A DNA stretch of 64,000 nucleotides. Source: an uncultured virus (IMG/VR IMGVR_UViG_2061766007_000883) (taxonomy: Duplodnaviria > Heunggongvirae > Uroviricota > Caudoviricetes). The stretch's first letter is position 1. Each line of letters opens with the position of its first letter. Position numbers and translations under genes: made by a program. The stretch is from IMG/VR virus record IMGVR_UViG_2061766007_000883, one strand, 5' to 3'. Shown piece after piece: positions 10,823 to 21,191 of this stretch. Under the pieces are notes generated by a model. The model saw only the letters and a list, made by a program, of their open reading frames with translations, was not told the DNA's origin and made no database searches.

Positions 10823-12202
10823 ATGGCCATACGGAACATACGAATACTGGACGAATCCGGAAACCAGCTTGCCGTGGCGACACGAAGCCTTACGGTGTCT
10901 GCCGGGCCAGGAACAAGTGCCGTGCCCGAACCTTCAGGCATAACCTTGCAGGGCTATGATTCGGAGAGCATATACGCAAGGGCACTTGAGCAGATGGACA
11001 GAAGCATCTACCTGTCGAACATCAACGGCGTCATGCCGGACGGCGACGGGCAATTCTGGATTTCAGGAGACGCGTGCCTGTCGTGGAAGCCTGCCAATAA
11101 CGACGTGAAGACCTACATCGTGCATCCTGGCACGATAAACGAGGTGTACAATCTCGAAAAGGGCGGAGGCCTGACATTGTACGATCTTTGCCCGGCCTGC
11201 CTGTCCTGCGACCCGATGCTCCAGCTGAAGCATGGAATAGAAGCTGTCAAGATAGCGGTTAACCAACTGAAAGACGTGAACCTGTATGCACCTGAGGTGT
11301 GCCTGCAACGCAAGACCTATCTGAATAACCAGCGGCTGTCCACGCCTGTCGGATGCACCGTGCCTGCGGACGAACTTGACGGCTTCTCCATCGACAGCAA
11401 ACGGCTGCTCGGCCAGTATGCAACCGTCGTGCACATGTGGAACTACGTCGTGAGCCAGTACAACGCCAAGACCGACATAGACGCCATCGCGTCAGACCCG
11501 TCTGGGTTCACCATCCAGACGAAACGCGCCGTTCCGAGCTGCGACGGCAAGGTGACCATACAGTGCGAGGTTGAGATCTCATGCCGGAACGACAGCGGCG
11601 GGGCGAGTGATGGCATGAGTGTATACATTCCTACGCCGACCATCATGTTCATGCCGTTCGACCGTATGCCGACAGACGTTGGAAATCCCGCTACAATTGT
11701 CACGGACGCGTCCGACTACACGCATAAAATCATCCGGACGAATTTCAAGCCAGTGACAGCCGCAGGTACATACGCGCTCATTGTGCAGATACTTCCGTTC
11801 AGATACACGAAGCTACTGGACTCGAACAACCAGCAACTGTCACTTGAGAACATAGTCTACACGCCGAACCACACGGTCATAACCGAGAAAATTACAGGCG
11901 TTGACACGGAAACATACACGAAGTGGCGGTACGACATGGGTGTCACGCGTCAGTACGGTCAGATTCTGGCTCCGACGCTGACCGATTACAACACAGGCAA
12001 GTCATACCCGTCGAAGTCCTGCGGTGACAACGCCATCTGGGACATCTACGTGAAATGGACTGTGACAGGCCTTGTGACGGACGGCGGCGCCACGGATACG
12101 GCTGAGTTCGAGGAGACGTACGTGTTTGTCGTGCCACAGCCTAGGAAGTATCTGGACGGTCTGTTCAACGTGACGAAACTGATAAAAGTCAACAGGATGT
12201 GA
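10823..12202 (+). CDS. putative tail fibre/baseplate-associated protein
   Basis: NINGVMPDGDGQFWISGDAC motif shared with the previous ORF. Confidence 0.55.
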   Translation: MAIRNIRILDESGNQLAVATRSLTVSAGPGTSAVPEPSGITLQGYDSESIYARALEQMDRSIYLSNINGVMPDGDGQFWISGDACLSWKPANNDVKTYIVHPGTINEVYNLEKGGGLTLYDLCPACLSCDPMLQLKHGIEAVKIAVNQLKDVNLYAPEVCLQRKTYLNNQRLSTPVGCTVPADELDGFSIDSKRLLGQYATVVHMWNYVVSQYNAKTDIDAIASDPSGFTIQTKRAVPSCDGKVTIQCEVEISCRNDSGGASDGMSVYIPTPTIMFMPFDRMPTDVGNPATIVTDASDYTHKIIRTNFKPVTAAGTYALIVQILPFRYTKLLDSNNQQLSLENIVYTPNHTVITEKITGVDTETYTKWRYDMGVTRQYGQILAPTLTDYNTGKSYPSKSCGDNAIWDIYVKWTVTGLVTDGGATDTAEFEETYVFVVPQPRKYLDGLFNVTKLIKVNRM

Positions 12203-12203
12203 C

Positions 12204-13122
12204 ATGCTGAACACATACATAAACGACAACATGCTTACACCGTATCCGTTCGCAAGCGACACACGCCTGCCGTTCCCGTACAGCGTGTTCAGCGGTCTGT
12301 CCGTATGCGTGCACGGAACAGCGCAGTTTAGCACGGTGGTAGTGACAGGTGTCGAGATAACGGACGACACCGTGTCCGCCAGTCTCGCTCTGGACGGAAC
12401 AACGTACATAGGATTGCTTACGTCGAAACATGGGGCATCCGCAGAAGGGGTATTCGAGCATGCCACGTTCAAGGCCCATGTCCTTATGAGCATCGGAATC
12501 GTTCCGCCGTCTGCGCGTGGCACGTTCGTCCTCAATGCGCCATTGGACGCATCCTGCGTCAGCGTCATGCCGGACAATTGCCTTGGACTGTACGACCACG
12601 TGACGGTTAACGGTATCAGGTATGCCCCAGGCGAGTGCGTCGCATTCGAGTTCAACTCCTATCTGCATGTCACGGACTCAGGCGTGTCACAGGACGGCTA
12701 CCGCCAGTTCTACATCGACGGCGACGTTCCGGCGACCGCTGTCCTGACAGTGGCGGCGAGCNNNNNNNNNNNNNNNNNNNTCCGTGAACGGCAACGCCGT
12801 TACAATGAGCGAGGACTTCGATGGTACGCTTGAGCTGGATGTCGAAGCACCAGACGGCGCGGCACAGGATGTGGACACGAAGACGTACATAAGCATATCC
12901 ATCGAAAACGCCATCATGTCAGACGACGTGGACAAGCAGCCAGAAGGCCAGAACCCTGACCCTGGAACAGGCATGATATATGCAGCACAGGCGGGCGAAC
13001 GTAGTGTCTACTGGTGCAATCTGAACGACGATTTGGGCGACGCGGTCATCCTGACCATCACTGGTACGCACAAGATTCCCAGCTGCTACGGTTCAGATGA
13101 CGAGGCAGGGGAGGACAACTGA
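12204..13122 (+). CDS. putative structural protein (spans N gap)
   Basis: NMLTPYPF N-terminal motif; continues as SVNGNAVT...GEDN* after the gap. Confidence 0.5.
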
Positions 13123-13922
13123 TGCTTATTAACGCGAACATAGACAGGAACGACGCACAGATAAACACGAAGGCTCCGTTCACATACGAAAGCCCGTTGA
13201 AACTGCTGGACTCGGAACTGCCGTCCATGGCGTTTCAGTCCATCAAGATATACTGCGGAGAAGGTTTTGTGCCGCCTGTACGCCTGTCGTCCGTGGCCGT
13301 GGTTCCTGAACATCCTGACCAATGCGATGTCAGTTTCGCGGACAAGTCCGGCAAGCCCATGTGCCATGCCGTCATCTGCCTGTTGTCGGAGGGAACGAAA
13401 GATTATATCACGACGTTGCTGACCGACGACTACGGTGTCATCAAAGGACATGTCACATACAGGCGGGACACCCCTGGTGTGCTGCTTACGGCGGCACGTC
13501 GCTCGGACGGCCTGTTCACTACACAAGCAGGGGACTTCACGTTGCTCCCGCAATGCCATGAAGCATGGATTACAGGAAACTGCAAGGCCATATCCGTGAA
13601 TGGAACAACGACACGCAGCAATGTACGGCTCATTCCCAGCATCCTGGTCCATACGCGGATCGACTTGGATTCGTCCTACTGCTTCGACTTGGCCGACGTA
13701 TACTGGCCAGATGTCACAGTCAGCGCGCGCGAAGCCGTGAACGGATTATGCAACCTGGTCGTGCACAATGTAAAGAAGCTGAATGGCGTAACCATAGACG
13801 GCACGACAGACCCGATATGGATTGGCGGTAAGCATCTCGTCATACGGTCGTCTGTGACGTCGAACATACGAGTAAGTGTGACGGACACGTCAATTGTGCT
13901 GAAGGGGGTCATGGATGGATAA
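13122..13922 (+). CDS. putative structural protein
   Basis: 266-aa ORF coupled to the previous stop (TGATG). Confidence 0.55.
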   Translation: MLINANIDRNDAQINTKAPFTYESPLKLLDSELPSMAFQSIKIYCGEGFVPPVRLSSVAVVPEHPDQCDVSFADKSGKPMCHAVICLLSEGTKDYITTLLTDDYGVIKGHVTYRRDTPGVLLTAARRSDGLFTTQAGDFTLLPQCHEAWITGNCKAISVNGTTTRSNVRLIPSILVHTRIDLDSSYCFDLADVYWPDVTVSAREAVNGLCNLVVHNVKKLNGVTIDGTTDPIWIGGKHLVIRSSVTSNIRVSVTDTSIVLKGVMDG

Positions 13923-14685
13923 TTCAATAAGGGACATGGCTGTCTGGTATCCTTTGGTGCCGAGCGCGGGAAACGCAGCGGTGCCTTCCTTTGTCAAGAA
14001 TGTGCTTGACATGAAGGTGTACGTGCGTATGTACGCAGAGGATTTCGAGCAGCAGGTGGACGGCATGAACATCGACATGCTGGACGCATGGCTGGTAAGC
14101 GAGTCAAGCGTGTCCATAAGCCGTACTGGCGCGACCCCTGTCGTCTGCCAGCTGCAGGTTTATGTTGGACGCGACAGTCGTCCGCCTGCCGGCACAAGCT
14201 ATATAGTCCTGGCGGAAAATGCAAGCATGACAGGAGGGCCGTTCCGTGTGCATCCTGACTGCTTTGTGTTCATGCAGGACGCGCCGGCCATCCAGCTGAT
14301 GGATCGCGGAAGTATCAACAGTACGGACGGCCGGCCGATGGAAGGCGGCGGACGCATCAACGGCGCTAACGGAGATCCGACACCTGTGGCAAGCACTGAG
14401 CTTAGGTTCGCGGATGGCTACAACGTGCTTGCGTCGTATCTGGATGACACAATCACGTTCGACGGACTTGGAGGATACGGCAAAGGTGTCTACACGGAAC
14501 CTCCTTATTCGGATGTCAGTGTATATTCGACACATTCAGGCAAAGGGTTGCGTAGCATCAACGGCATTACGGGTGACGTTTCAATAGAAGCCGGGTCTGT
14601 CCTTGAGGTCGATGACTCGGTATCTGACGAAACAATAACGGTTACGTTGAAACCAAAGGAGCTTGCGGAGGGCGACGAGGCATGA
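13915..14685 (+). CDS. putative structural protein
   Basis: Contains LRSINGITGDVSI, an SxNG..G fibre-type motif. Confidence 0.55.
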   Translation: MDNSIRDMAVWYPLVPSAGNAAVPSFVKNVLDMKVYVRMYAEDFEQQVDGMNIDMLDAWLVSESSVSISRTGATPVVCQLQVYVGRDSRPPAGTSYIVLAENASMTGGPFRVHPDCFVFMQDAPAIQLMDRGSINSTDGRPMEGGGRINGANGDPTPVASTELRFADGYNVLASYLDDTITFDGLGGYGKGVYTEPPYSDVSVYSTHSGKGLRSINGITGDVSIEAGSVLEVDDSVSDETITVTLKPKELAEGDEA

Positions 14686-16193
14686 TTCGCATACATCAGA
14701 ACAGGTGCGGATACACAGGCTATACGTGCAACGGCATATCGAAGCTGTCCAGCGCGTTCACTGGCCGCGCCCTTGTATGCGACCCGCTGATGAACCGTGT
14801 ATCGAATTTCGATACAACGACATCAGGCGAAGACGTGTGCGCGTTCAAATCTTCTCTTGAATCCCCGATAACATGGAACCAGTTTGCGGCCATAGGAAAC
14901 GCATTCCAGATAGCGTATCCGGAACTGCCTGTGTTTGGCTCCGTGGCCTACATGTTCGACACGGCGGAGTCAGCGGAGGCGGGACAGGCGCTTATGGACT
15001 GGACCGTAGCCTGTGCGGAGAACGACTTCAACCCGTGGGCTGACTGGAGCGACTACTGGGCAGGCGGAGGATTCCTCGACACCATCCATCTGGTGTTCGC
15101 CAACTGGGTGCGCGACGGTATCGAGACCTACTGGCCGCAAGGCAGGGCAGACTATATGGTGTCGCTGCAGCAAGCATGTCTGCAATGGCTTGATTGTATA
15201 GCGGACTCCGTCGACCATGCAAACTTTATAGACAACTATCTGAATCTTCCAACCAAGTTCAAGGGAATCATGGTATCATGGAACCCTGTAAAGACCATGG
15301 ATGATCCGAATCTTCCTATAGCGGAGACAGAGTGCATCGACAATACAGACCCGTTTTCGCTTGGCGGCTTCCTCGATTTGTTCGGCCAAGTATACACGAC
15401 GTTGATAGACGCCCGCGCATATGAGCGTTCGTGGTACGTTCCACTGATATCCGGCCTAGTATGTTTCAGGGTGAACAATATCGAAGGCGTGTTCGAGCCA
15501 GGCATACTCGAACCGATGATTGCCACGGACTTCAAGCCAGTATCCGTGCCGGCCATCACGGACTGGGACGCGAAGCTGGACGGTGTGCTTTTGCCTGCCG
15601 TGCAGCTTACGCAGTGGCGGAACATCGTGGAGACATGGTTGAACGACATAGGCGCCGCCATCGCTCATATCTGGGGCTTGCGTGACGTGTTCTACACAAT
15701 GTACACGGGACCGTACGGGCAGAATTTCATCATAGAGGCCACCAGCGGCAATCCGATATCATGGACTGGGCAGGACCCGTCTGATGTGCACGAGCCGAGG
15801 TACAAGGTGTCAGGCGGCACGGTCACGGTAAACGGCGTGACGAAGAACGTCGCAGGATTGACCAACCTGTCTCCTACTTTCTACGTCTATGTGAATTTCG
15901 CTTTCGTCAACTGCGACCAGACCACAGGACAGTATGGGGATGTCAATGTCACCCTTGGTACGTCAGCCAGTGGCAATTTCTCCGTAGGAATAGGCGGCGT
16001 GTTCGACATCACGCCTGCCAGGAAGCAAGGCATTCCACAGTACACGTTGTACAGAATCATACAGGAGCGTTTCACTGTGAATGTGGATATCATCAGAACG
16101 TGTACGGAAGGGTTCATGTTCAGACTGCTCAGCGGCGCGAGCCCGTACAGGGCACTTGACTATGCGCCTTGTGACAATTCAAATCAGAGTTAG
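14682..16193 (+). CDS. hypothetical protein, end of structural module
   Basis: 503-aa ORF with ATGA overlap. Confidence 0.6.
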   Translation: MIRIHQNRCGYTGYTCNGISKLSSAFTGRALVCDPLMNRVSNFDTTTSGEDVCAFKSSLESPITWNQFAAIGNAFQIAYPELPVFGSVAYMFDTAESAEAGQALMDWTVACAENDFNPWADWSDYWAGGGFLDTIHLVFANWVRDGIETYWPQGRADYMVSLQQACLQWLDCIADSVDHANFIDNYLNLPTKFKGIMVSWNPVKTMDDPNLPIAETECIDNTDPFSLGGFLDLFGQVYTTLIDARAYERSWYVPLISGLVCFRVNNIEGVFEPGILEPMIATDFKPVSVPAITDWDAKLDGVLLPAVQLTQWRNIVETWLNDIGAAIAHIWGLRDVFYTMYTGPYGQNFIIEATSGNPISWTGQDPSDVHEPRYKVSGGTVTVNGVTKNVAGLTNLSPTFYVYVNFAFVNCDQTTGQYGDVNVTLGTSASGNFSVGIGGVFDITPARKQGIPQYTLYRIIQERFTVNVDIIRTCTEGFMFRLLSGASPYRALDYAPCDNSNQS

Positions 16194-16233
16194 TGTAACA
16201 GAGTCGTGTGGGGCATTAGGAATCGGTTATACA

Positions 16234-16980
16234 ATGAGTACGTTTGGTTGTCATAATTGCAAGGTTGATTTATCTAAATATGTGGACGTCCCATGGGATA
16301 AGATTCCATGCGCCACATGCGCGTTGGCGAAGAATTATACCAAGACGTTCAATACAGGGTTCTTCGATACTGGAAGCGATGAGGAATCTGGGCCTGCTGT
16401 AGAGGACGACCACAGTTTCGCCAGCGAGCACGAGTTTGTGACACAAGGCGACATACCGCTGAAAGCTGAGGAAATACGGTCGCTTGAATCCATAAAGGCC
16501 GCCATAGAGCACCAGATGTACGTCATGTTCTCAGGCATCATGATTAAACTGCTGAGAATGGCGAAGGACAATCCGACGATGTTCGAGGTTGTCATCAAGA
16601 AGATGCAATATCCGAGACTGAGCTACGCGGACCTTGGTGACACGATGAACCCAAGATGCAGCAAGCAGAATGTCCTGTACCATTTGAGAAGCGCCGTGGC
16701 CCTGCTGCCTGAATTGGAGGCGGTCATACCGACGGACACGCGATACACATCCGGTCACTACGCGCTACGGACCTTGGCGAACAAGCGCAGGCAGGAGTTG
16801 CTTGAGGACAAGATGCGAGAAAACCTCTACGGTAAAGGCGAATTCAGCAAATCCGTGGACATACATGAACTGAACAAACTGCTGGCCGCGCCGTTCATGG
16901 TGCGCGACGAAGTATTCGATTTCAACCCGTACCTGAACGACGAGACGTACATAGATGAGCACCTTAAGGATAAAGATTGA
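16234..16980 (+). CDS. Zn-finger / HTH-containing hypothetical protein
   Basis: CHNC...CATC at the N-terminus and an HTH-like LSYADLGDTMNPRCSKQNVLYHL segment. Confidence 0.5.
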   Translation: MSTFGCHNCKVDLSKYVDVPWDKIPCATCALAKNYTKTFNTGFFDTGSDEESGPAVEDDHSFASEHEFVTQGDIPLKAEEIRSLESIKAAIEHQMYVMFSGIMIKLLRMAKDNPTMFEVVIKKMQYPRLSYADLGDTMNPRCSKQNVLYHLRSAVALLPELEAVIPTDTRYTSGHYALRTLANKRRQELLEDKMRENLYGKGEFSKSVDIHELNKLLAAPFMVRDEVFDFNPYLNDETYIDEHLKDKD

Positions 16981-18040
16981 CGACGAGTGCCTGAAACTTC
17001 GCGACCCATATGTGGACAGAGTACGTGCAGGCGGCATGTCTCTGCAGGCGTTCTGCCTTCTGATACGCGACTACAGCCCGTATGTCCTCATCGGTGACAC
17101 GATATACGCCCTTACACCGCAGGAATACTATGCCTACAGCCCTGTCGTGTCCACTGGAACGCTGTCGGAGGACGATTTCCGAAAGATTGTCGACATGGAT
17201 GATTTGTCGTTCATGCACAAGGACGACGCGGCGTTTGTGAAGTCGGTGAAGGACGCGCTTCCTGGCTGCAAGGCATGCCAGTACAAGCGGTTCAAAGCCG
17301 AGATTTGGAAACTGGCCAAGAAGTACGGCATCCAGACCACGCAGGATTTGAAGCCGCCACGTGCGTATCCTGAGACAATGGGTGAAATCCAGCCAAAGGT
17401 GACAGGCCTCGTGGAACACATGTACGGTACGCCAAGACCGAAACGGGTAGGTTGCATGGATTGTGTCGAGAAACACCTGGCGCAGGCTTGTGTGCTTGGA
17501 GCAGAGACAGTCAATGGCTATCCTGAATATCTGCCGATGGTGTGCGCACACATGGAACAGGCGCTGGACGAGACGCCGGCCGAGCTTCGTGCTGTGAAAA
17601 CGACGATTGAGTTCCTCCTGGCGAAGACAAAGGAGGACATGAAACCCTTCATTCCGCTGAATCTTGTTCTCGCATTGATAGAATCTGGACGGAAAGCGGT
17701 AGCGGGAGACCATGATGCTCTCATGACATCGCCGTCGGCCGCTGTTCTTGACCTGGATATGACAGACGAGGCGTTGAACGAGCTCAGAGCACTTCCTGAA
17801 CCAAGCATAAGACGTCTCAGAGAGGACTTCGAGGCCACCGATAAAATTATACTCGGAGTAGAAAATTCAAACGATGCCATTCTGTGGGAGGGAAAGATGG
17901 CGCTGCTGGCGGATTCCGTTGCGCCTGTGGCCCCTGTCACGGCTTCAATATTGCGCAACAGGCGTTTATGCTTTGCTGCGGCTCCATGGCTGTCGAAAGA
18001 TGCCGGAATGACTTGCTCCGGCATCCTTGATTTGCTTTAG
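16955..18040 (+). CDS. hypothetical protein with CxxC motifs
   Basis: 361-aa ORF containing CKAC and CMDCVEKH. Confidence 0.6.
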   Translation: MSTLRIKIDDECLKLRDPYVDRVRAGGMSLQAFCLLIRDYSPYVLIGDTIYALTPQEYYAYSPVVSTGTLSEDDFRKIVDMDDLSFMHKDDAAFVKSVKDALPGCKACQYKRFKAEIWKLAKKYGIQTTQDLKPPRAYPETMGEIQPKVTGLVEHMYGTPRPKRVGCMDCVEKHLAQACVLGAETVNGYPEYLPMVCAHMEQALDETPAELRAVKTTIEFLLAKTKEDMKPFIPLNLVLALIESGRKAVAGDHDALMTSPSAAVLDLDMTDEALNELRALPEPSIRRLREDFEATDKIILGVENSNDAILWEGKMALLADSVAPVAPVTASILRNRRLCFAAAPWLSKDAGMTCSGILDLL

Positions 18041-18408
18041 AATGATATGGATTCCATATCTGGCTTGGCGGTCTCAAGCTCGCGCAGCGCATTTACCAAC
18101 TTCCTGATATCGGATGTCATGTTCTGCATGACGTGGTCCACCATGTCGTAGGTGTCGAACATCATCTCAATGCTGTCCACGCGGAAATAGCAGCTGTCGC
18201 CAGGCGTGTCCTCAGGAAATTCGTTCATTTCGGCCGGGCTGCAGACGTGACTGAAACGTACGTTGTGGTTCTTGGGGTCTGCGGAATTCGGAATGACCTC
18301 GATGGCGAACACCTTGGAGGACATTCCGAAGGCGACCACGTCCAGCCGCAGATATGTATAGCCTTTGGACGTGGTCTTGACTGTTTTTTGTAAGGTCAGG
18401 TTTATCAT
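18037..18408 (-). CDS. hypothetical protein
   Basis: 123-aa ORF in a three-gene minus-strand block. Confidence 0.6.
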   Translation of the reverse strand: MINLTLQKTVKTTSKGYTYLRLDVVAFGMSSKVFAIEVIPNSADPKNHNVRFSHVCSPAEMNEFPEDTPGDSCYFRVDSIEMMFDTYDMVDHVMQNMTSDIRKLVNALRELETAKPDMESISF

Positions 18409-18414
18409 TGTCTA

Positions 18415-18846
18415 TCAATCCAGCAGGTCTTGGATGAAGTTCATGCTAGGGATGTCCTCTTGGTTCTTCTCAGCGCGGGCACGGGTGCGTCTGATGACGC
18501 TGTCCGTCATGACTACCATAATGGACTCTGTGAAACCGTCCACTTGCTGCTCGACTGCCGGGCCAGGACACTTCGGCGGGATGATGGCGACGAAGCTGCG
18601 CCAGGTTTTGCCAATTTTGTGCCGGGCGTACAGGTGTCCCAGCTTGTGCCTGAGACCGTCGTCAAGCACAACAGGGTTGATGGCGGCGACTTCCTTGCTG
18701 GTGAACAGGCACCAGAACTCATTGTCAAGCCTATCTTCCAGCTTGATTGCGTAGTAGTATTTCTTCGCGTTGTTCTTAGGATTGATATTGTACACACGGA
18801 TGAACGAACCCATACGTACTTTCTTGGAATCAAGTTTGATGGCCAT
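18415..18846 (-). CDS. hypothetical protein
   Basis: AAGGAG ribosome-binding site before MAIKLDS. Confidence 0.6.
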   Translation of the reverse strand: MAIKLDSKKVRMGSFIRVYNINPKNNAKKYYYAIKLEDRLDNEFWCLFTSKEVAAINPVVLDDGLRHKLGHLYARHKIGKTWRSFVAIIPPKCPGPAVEQQVDGFTESIMVVMTDSVIRRTRARAEKNQEDIPSMNFIQDLLD

Positions 18847-18848
18847 GG

Positions 18849-19049
18849 TTACTCCTTGTCTATAAGGACGCCTGCGACGGTGCACGGAAGGCTGAACAGC
18901 CTTGAGCACGCCTTCTTGAACCGTTTGTCGTTTTTGTATTTAGTGATAGCTGTGCGCAGCATGCTGTGTATGTTCAGCTGTCCATGCTTGCATACGGGAC
19001 ACCGCTTGATGGCAGCCTGCACGGCCGCGACAAGCGGAAATTCATGCAT
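18849..19049 (-). CDS. small Cys-containing hypothetical protein
   Basis: MHEFPLV...CPVC ORF abutting the next gene. Confidence 0.45.
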   Translation of the reverse strand: MHEFPLVAAVQAAIKRCPVCKHGQLNIHSMLRTAITKYKNDKRFKKACSRLFSLPCTVAGVLIDKE

Positions 19050-19145
19050 GTCGGCAGATAGTAATTTATTTTCAAAATCGCTAATCATAAAATGCTCCTG
19101 CGGATACCGTATGGCGGCATGCTAACCCAACAGAGGACTACGAAA

Positions 19146-20054
19146 ATGGATCAATTGAACGAGGCATACTACGCATACCCGGCGCTCCGTCGATTCCCGA
19201 TTGACTCGAAGGAGAATCTTGAGAGCTCCTATGGAGCTTATTCCAAGATTAAAAACGCGTTCACGGCAGACCAGCGGGCGCTTGTCGAAGGCAACTTCAT
19301 TAAAGCAGCCGCGTATTACGGCATCGAGCTGCCGAAAGAGCCCGAAACCGTGTCTGAACGACATCAGATTCTGCTGAAAGGCGCATCGCAGAACGTAGCC
19401 ATGGATGAAATCGAATCCGAGGAGGATTTGAACGCCGCCGCAGACTTCATCATCGAGAAACGTGCCAGCCTTAAACGCCGTGAACTGGCGGAAGCAGCCA
19501 AATATGTCGTATATGCGGCCTCTGTCATGAACAAGGACCTAAATACGGAGCGTATGAAGAAGGTCGCACGCATCGCAGGCCTTGGTGTCGGTGACCGCGA
19601 TGAGATTTGGAAGGCGTTCATGCTCCGTGGAATCGACATGCCGATGTCGAATGCAGGCAGAACGGCGTTCTTCAAGTACGCGAACGCCCTCAAGGAGCTG
19701 TCGGACGACGACTTCTACTCGGAACACAACATGAACGCGATGTGCGACGCCATCGACGACATTGATTTCCTGTATGGAAACCAGCACAAGCGTGCCAGTT
19801 ATGGCTATCCTGAGGACATTGTGTTCAAGACAAACATGGACGAGCTGCTCAAACAGGCCGATGACATGTACAAAGTCGAGTCCATCGACACGGTGTTGAG
19901 CAAACAAGCCACTCTTGAGCGCAAAAACGCCGTAAACGAGTTCTTCCAGAAGCATTTTGAAGGCTACGAGCCGCTTGAAGGTGAAGATTTAATCAACAAA
20001 GTGGCGAAATTGGACGCGAATACGGCCAATGCGCTGCTTGAGGCAATCGAATGA
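19146..20054 (+). CDS. hypothetical protein
   Basis: GAGG RBS; ~302-aa ORF with strong coding bias. Confidence 0.65.
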   Translation: MDQLNEAYYAYPALRRFPIDSKENLESSYGAYSKIKNAFTADQRALVEGNFIKAAAYYGIELPKEPETVSERHQILLKGASQNVAMDEIESEEDLNAAADFIIEKRASLKRRELAEAAKYVVYAASVMNKDLNTERMKKVARIAGLGVGDRDEIWKAFMLRGIDMPMSNAGRTAFFKYANALKELSDDDFYSEHNMNAMCDAIDDIDFLYGNQHKRASYGYPEDIVFKTNMDELLKQADDMYKVESIDTVLSKQATLERKNAVNEFFQKHFEGYEPLEGEDLINKVAKLDANTANALLEAIE

Positions 20055-20686
20055 GCCGCTTACCACTAGACAGAAACTGCTTTGTGACGTCCATAACCCT
20101 GGCCGCGCTGGCCAAGCTCGGCCTTGGGGCACTGGAAATGGACCCGCTGATGGTCAGGGACGCCGTGCAGGATGTGTTCGACATGGAGAACATGCCTCAG
20201 AGGATGTTCGACAAGCTGAACTGCGGCCTAACCATGATCGGAACATCTCTCTACACGGAGGCCATAGAGGGTTTCCTGCCATGCACGGCCGTCATGAACA
20301 ACCAGGTCGTGTCTGGTTCGACGATTCCATACTGCACAATCAGGGAATGCGCATGGGGAATATGGGAATATATGAATCTGAACGGCGATGTGGACGCGGA
20401 ATCCAAGCCGACGGAGCAGTTCAGCCCTGACATCGTCGCGTATATCCAGCAAGTAGCGAGCAGAAACGGCGTGTCCAGCATGCCTTCGTGGATGAAATTC
20501 GCGGAAAAATACCCGAACATCATGCCGGACCTGTCCGAGGACATTGATTTGTTCGAGTCGTACACCGCCAGGCAGGAATCATACGTCAATACCATGAACG
20601 AATACGTGCAGAACCGGCAAAATGAACTGCTTAACGAGCTGAAACTGCTCAAGGAAGCAGGCATCATCGCTCAGAAAACAGCTTAA
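20051..20686 (+). CDS. hypothetical protein
   Basis: 211-aa ORF with ATGA overlap. Confidence 0.65.
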   Translation: MSRLPLDRNCFVTSITLAALAKLGLGALEMDPLMVRDAVQDVFDMENMPQRMFDKLNCGLTMIGTSLYTEAIEGFLPCTAVMNNQVVSGSTIPYCTIRECAWGIWEYMNLNGDVDAESKPTEQFSPDIVAYIQQVASRNGVSSMPSWMKFAEKYPNIMPDLSEDIDLFESYTARQESYVNTMNEYVQNRQNELLNELKLLKEAGIIAQKTA

Positions 20687-20860
20687 AACAGGGTAGTTTA
20701 TGGGCATAATAACATGAACGCGATTATGCGTTTGTTGCCGGAGCATGATTCCGGCGGTTTCCAGTCGGCCTTCGACTGGAGATTTGAATTTTACAGTGTA
20801 TATTAATATTGCGAAGTGTGGCAGTTGGTCGGCTTATGAACCCCACCAATAAGTCAAACA

Positions 20861-20936
20861 GCAAACGTAGCTCAGTCGGTAGAGTAGGGGCCTGTTAAGC
20901 CCAGGGTCGCTGGTTCAAGCCCAGCCGTTTGCGCCA
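20861..20936 (+). tRNA. tRNA-Asn(GTT)
   Basis: Acceptor GCAAACG/CGTTTGC, D arm TAGCTCAGTCGGTAGAGT, anticodon loop CTGTTAA, T arm GCTGG-TTCAAGC-CCAGC, G73 and encoded CCA. Confidence 0.9.
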
Positions 20937-21027
20937 GTTTGGCAAGTCCGGGTCGCGTCCGGATAATAAGGCCACACGGAGTCCCGCTCCCTGTAAGAAC
21001 AAGAAAGATGCGGGGCACAAAAATTAA

Positions 21028-21102
21028 AGGGATGGAAACTCAGTCGGCAGAAGTGGCTCGTGGAAAACGGGCAGTTCCCTGGTTCGATTCCAGGCATCCC
21101 TT
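21028..21102 (+). tRNA. degenerate tRNA-Phe(GAA)-like gene
   Basis: Acceptor AGGGATG/CATCCCT, anticodon arm GCTCG-TGGAAAA-CGGGC, T arm CCTGG-TTCGATT-CCAGG. Lacks U8, U33 and an encoded CCA. Confidence 0.6.
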
Positions 21103-21105
21103 TAT

Positions 21106-21182
21106 GGTTCCTTAGCGCAGTCGGTTAGAGCGTCGGGTTGTCAACCCGGAGGTCGCGAGTTCAAACCTCGCAGGAACCGCCA
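21106..21182 (+). tRNA. tRNA-Asp(GTC)
   Basis: Acceptor GGTTCCT/AGGAACC, anticodon loop TTGTCAA, T arm GCGAG-TTCAAAC-CTCGC, ends GCCA. Confidence 0.92.
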
Positions 21183-21191
21183 ATTACAGTT

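Noticed and set aside
20811..20848. Additional tRNA before tRNA-Asn (AGTTGGT...CCACCA)
   Set aside because: Too short, and no T arm or acceptor pairing could be built.
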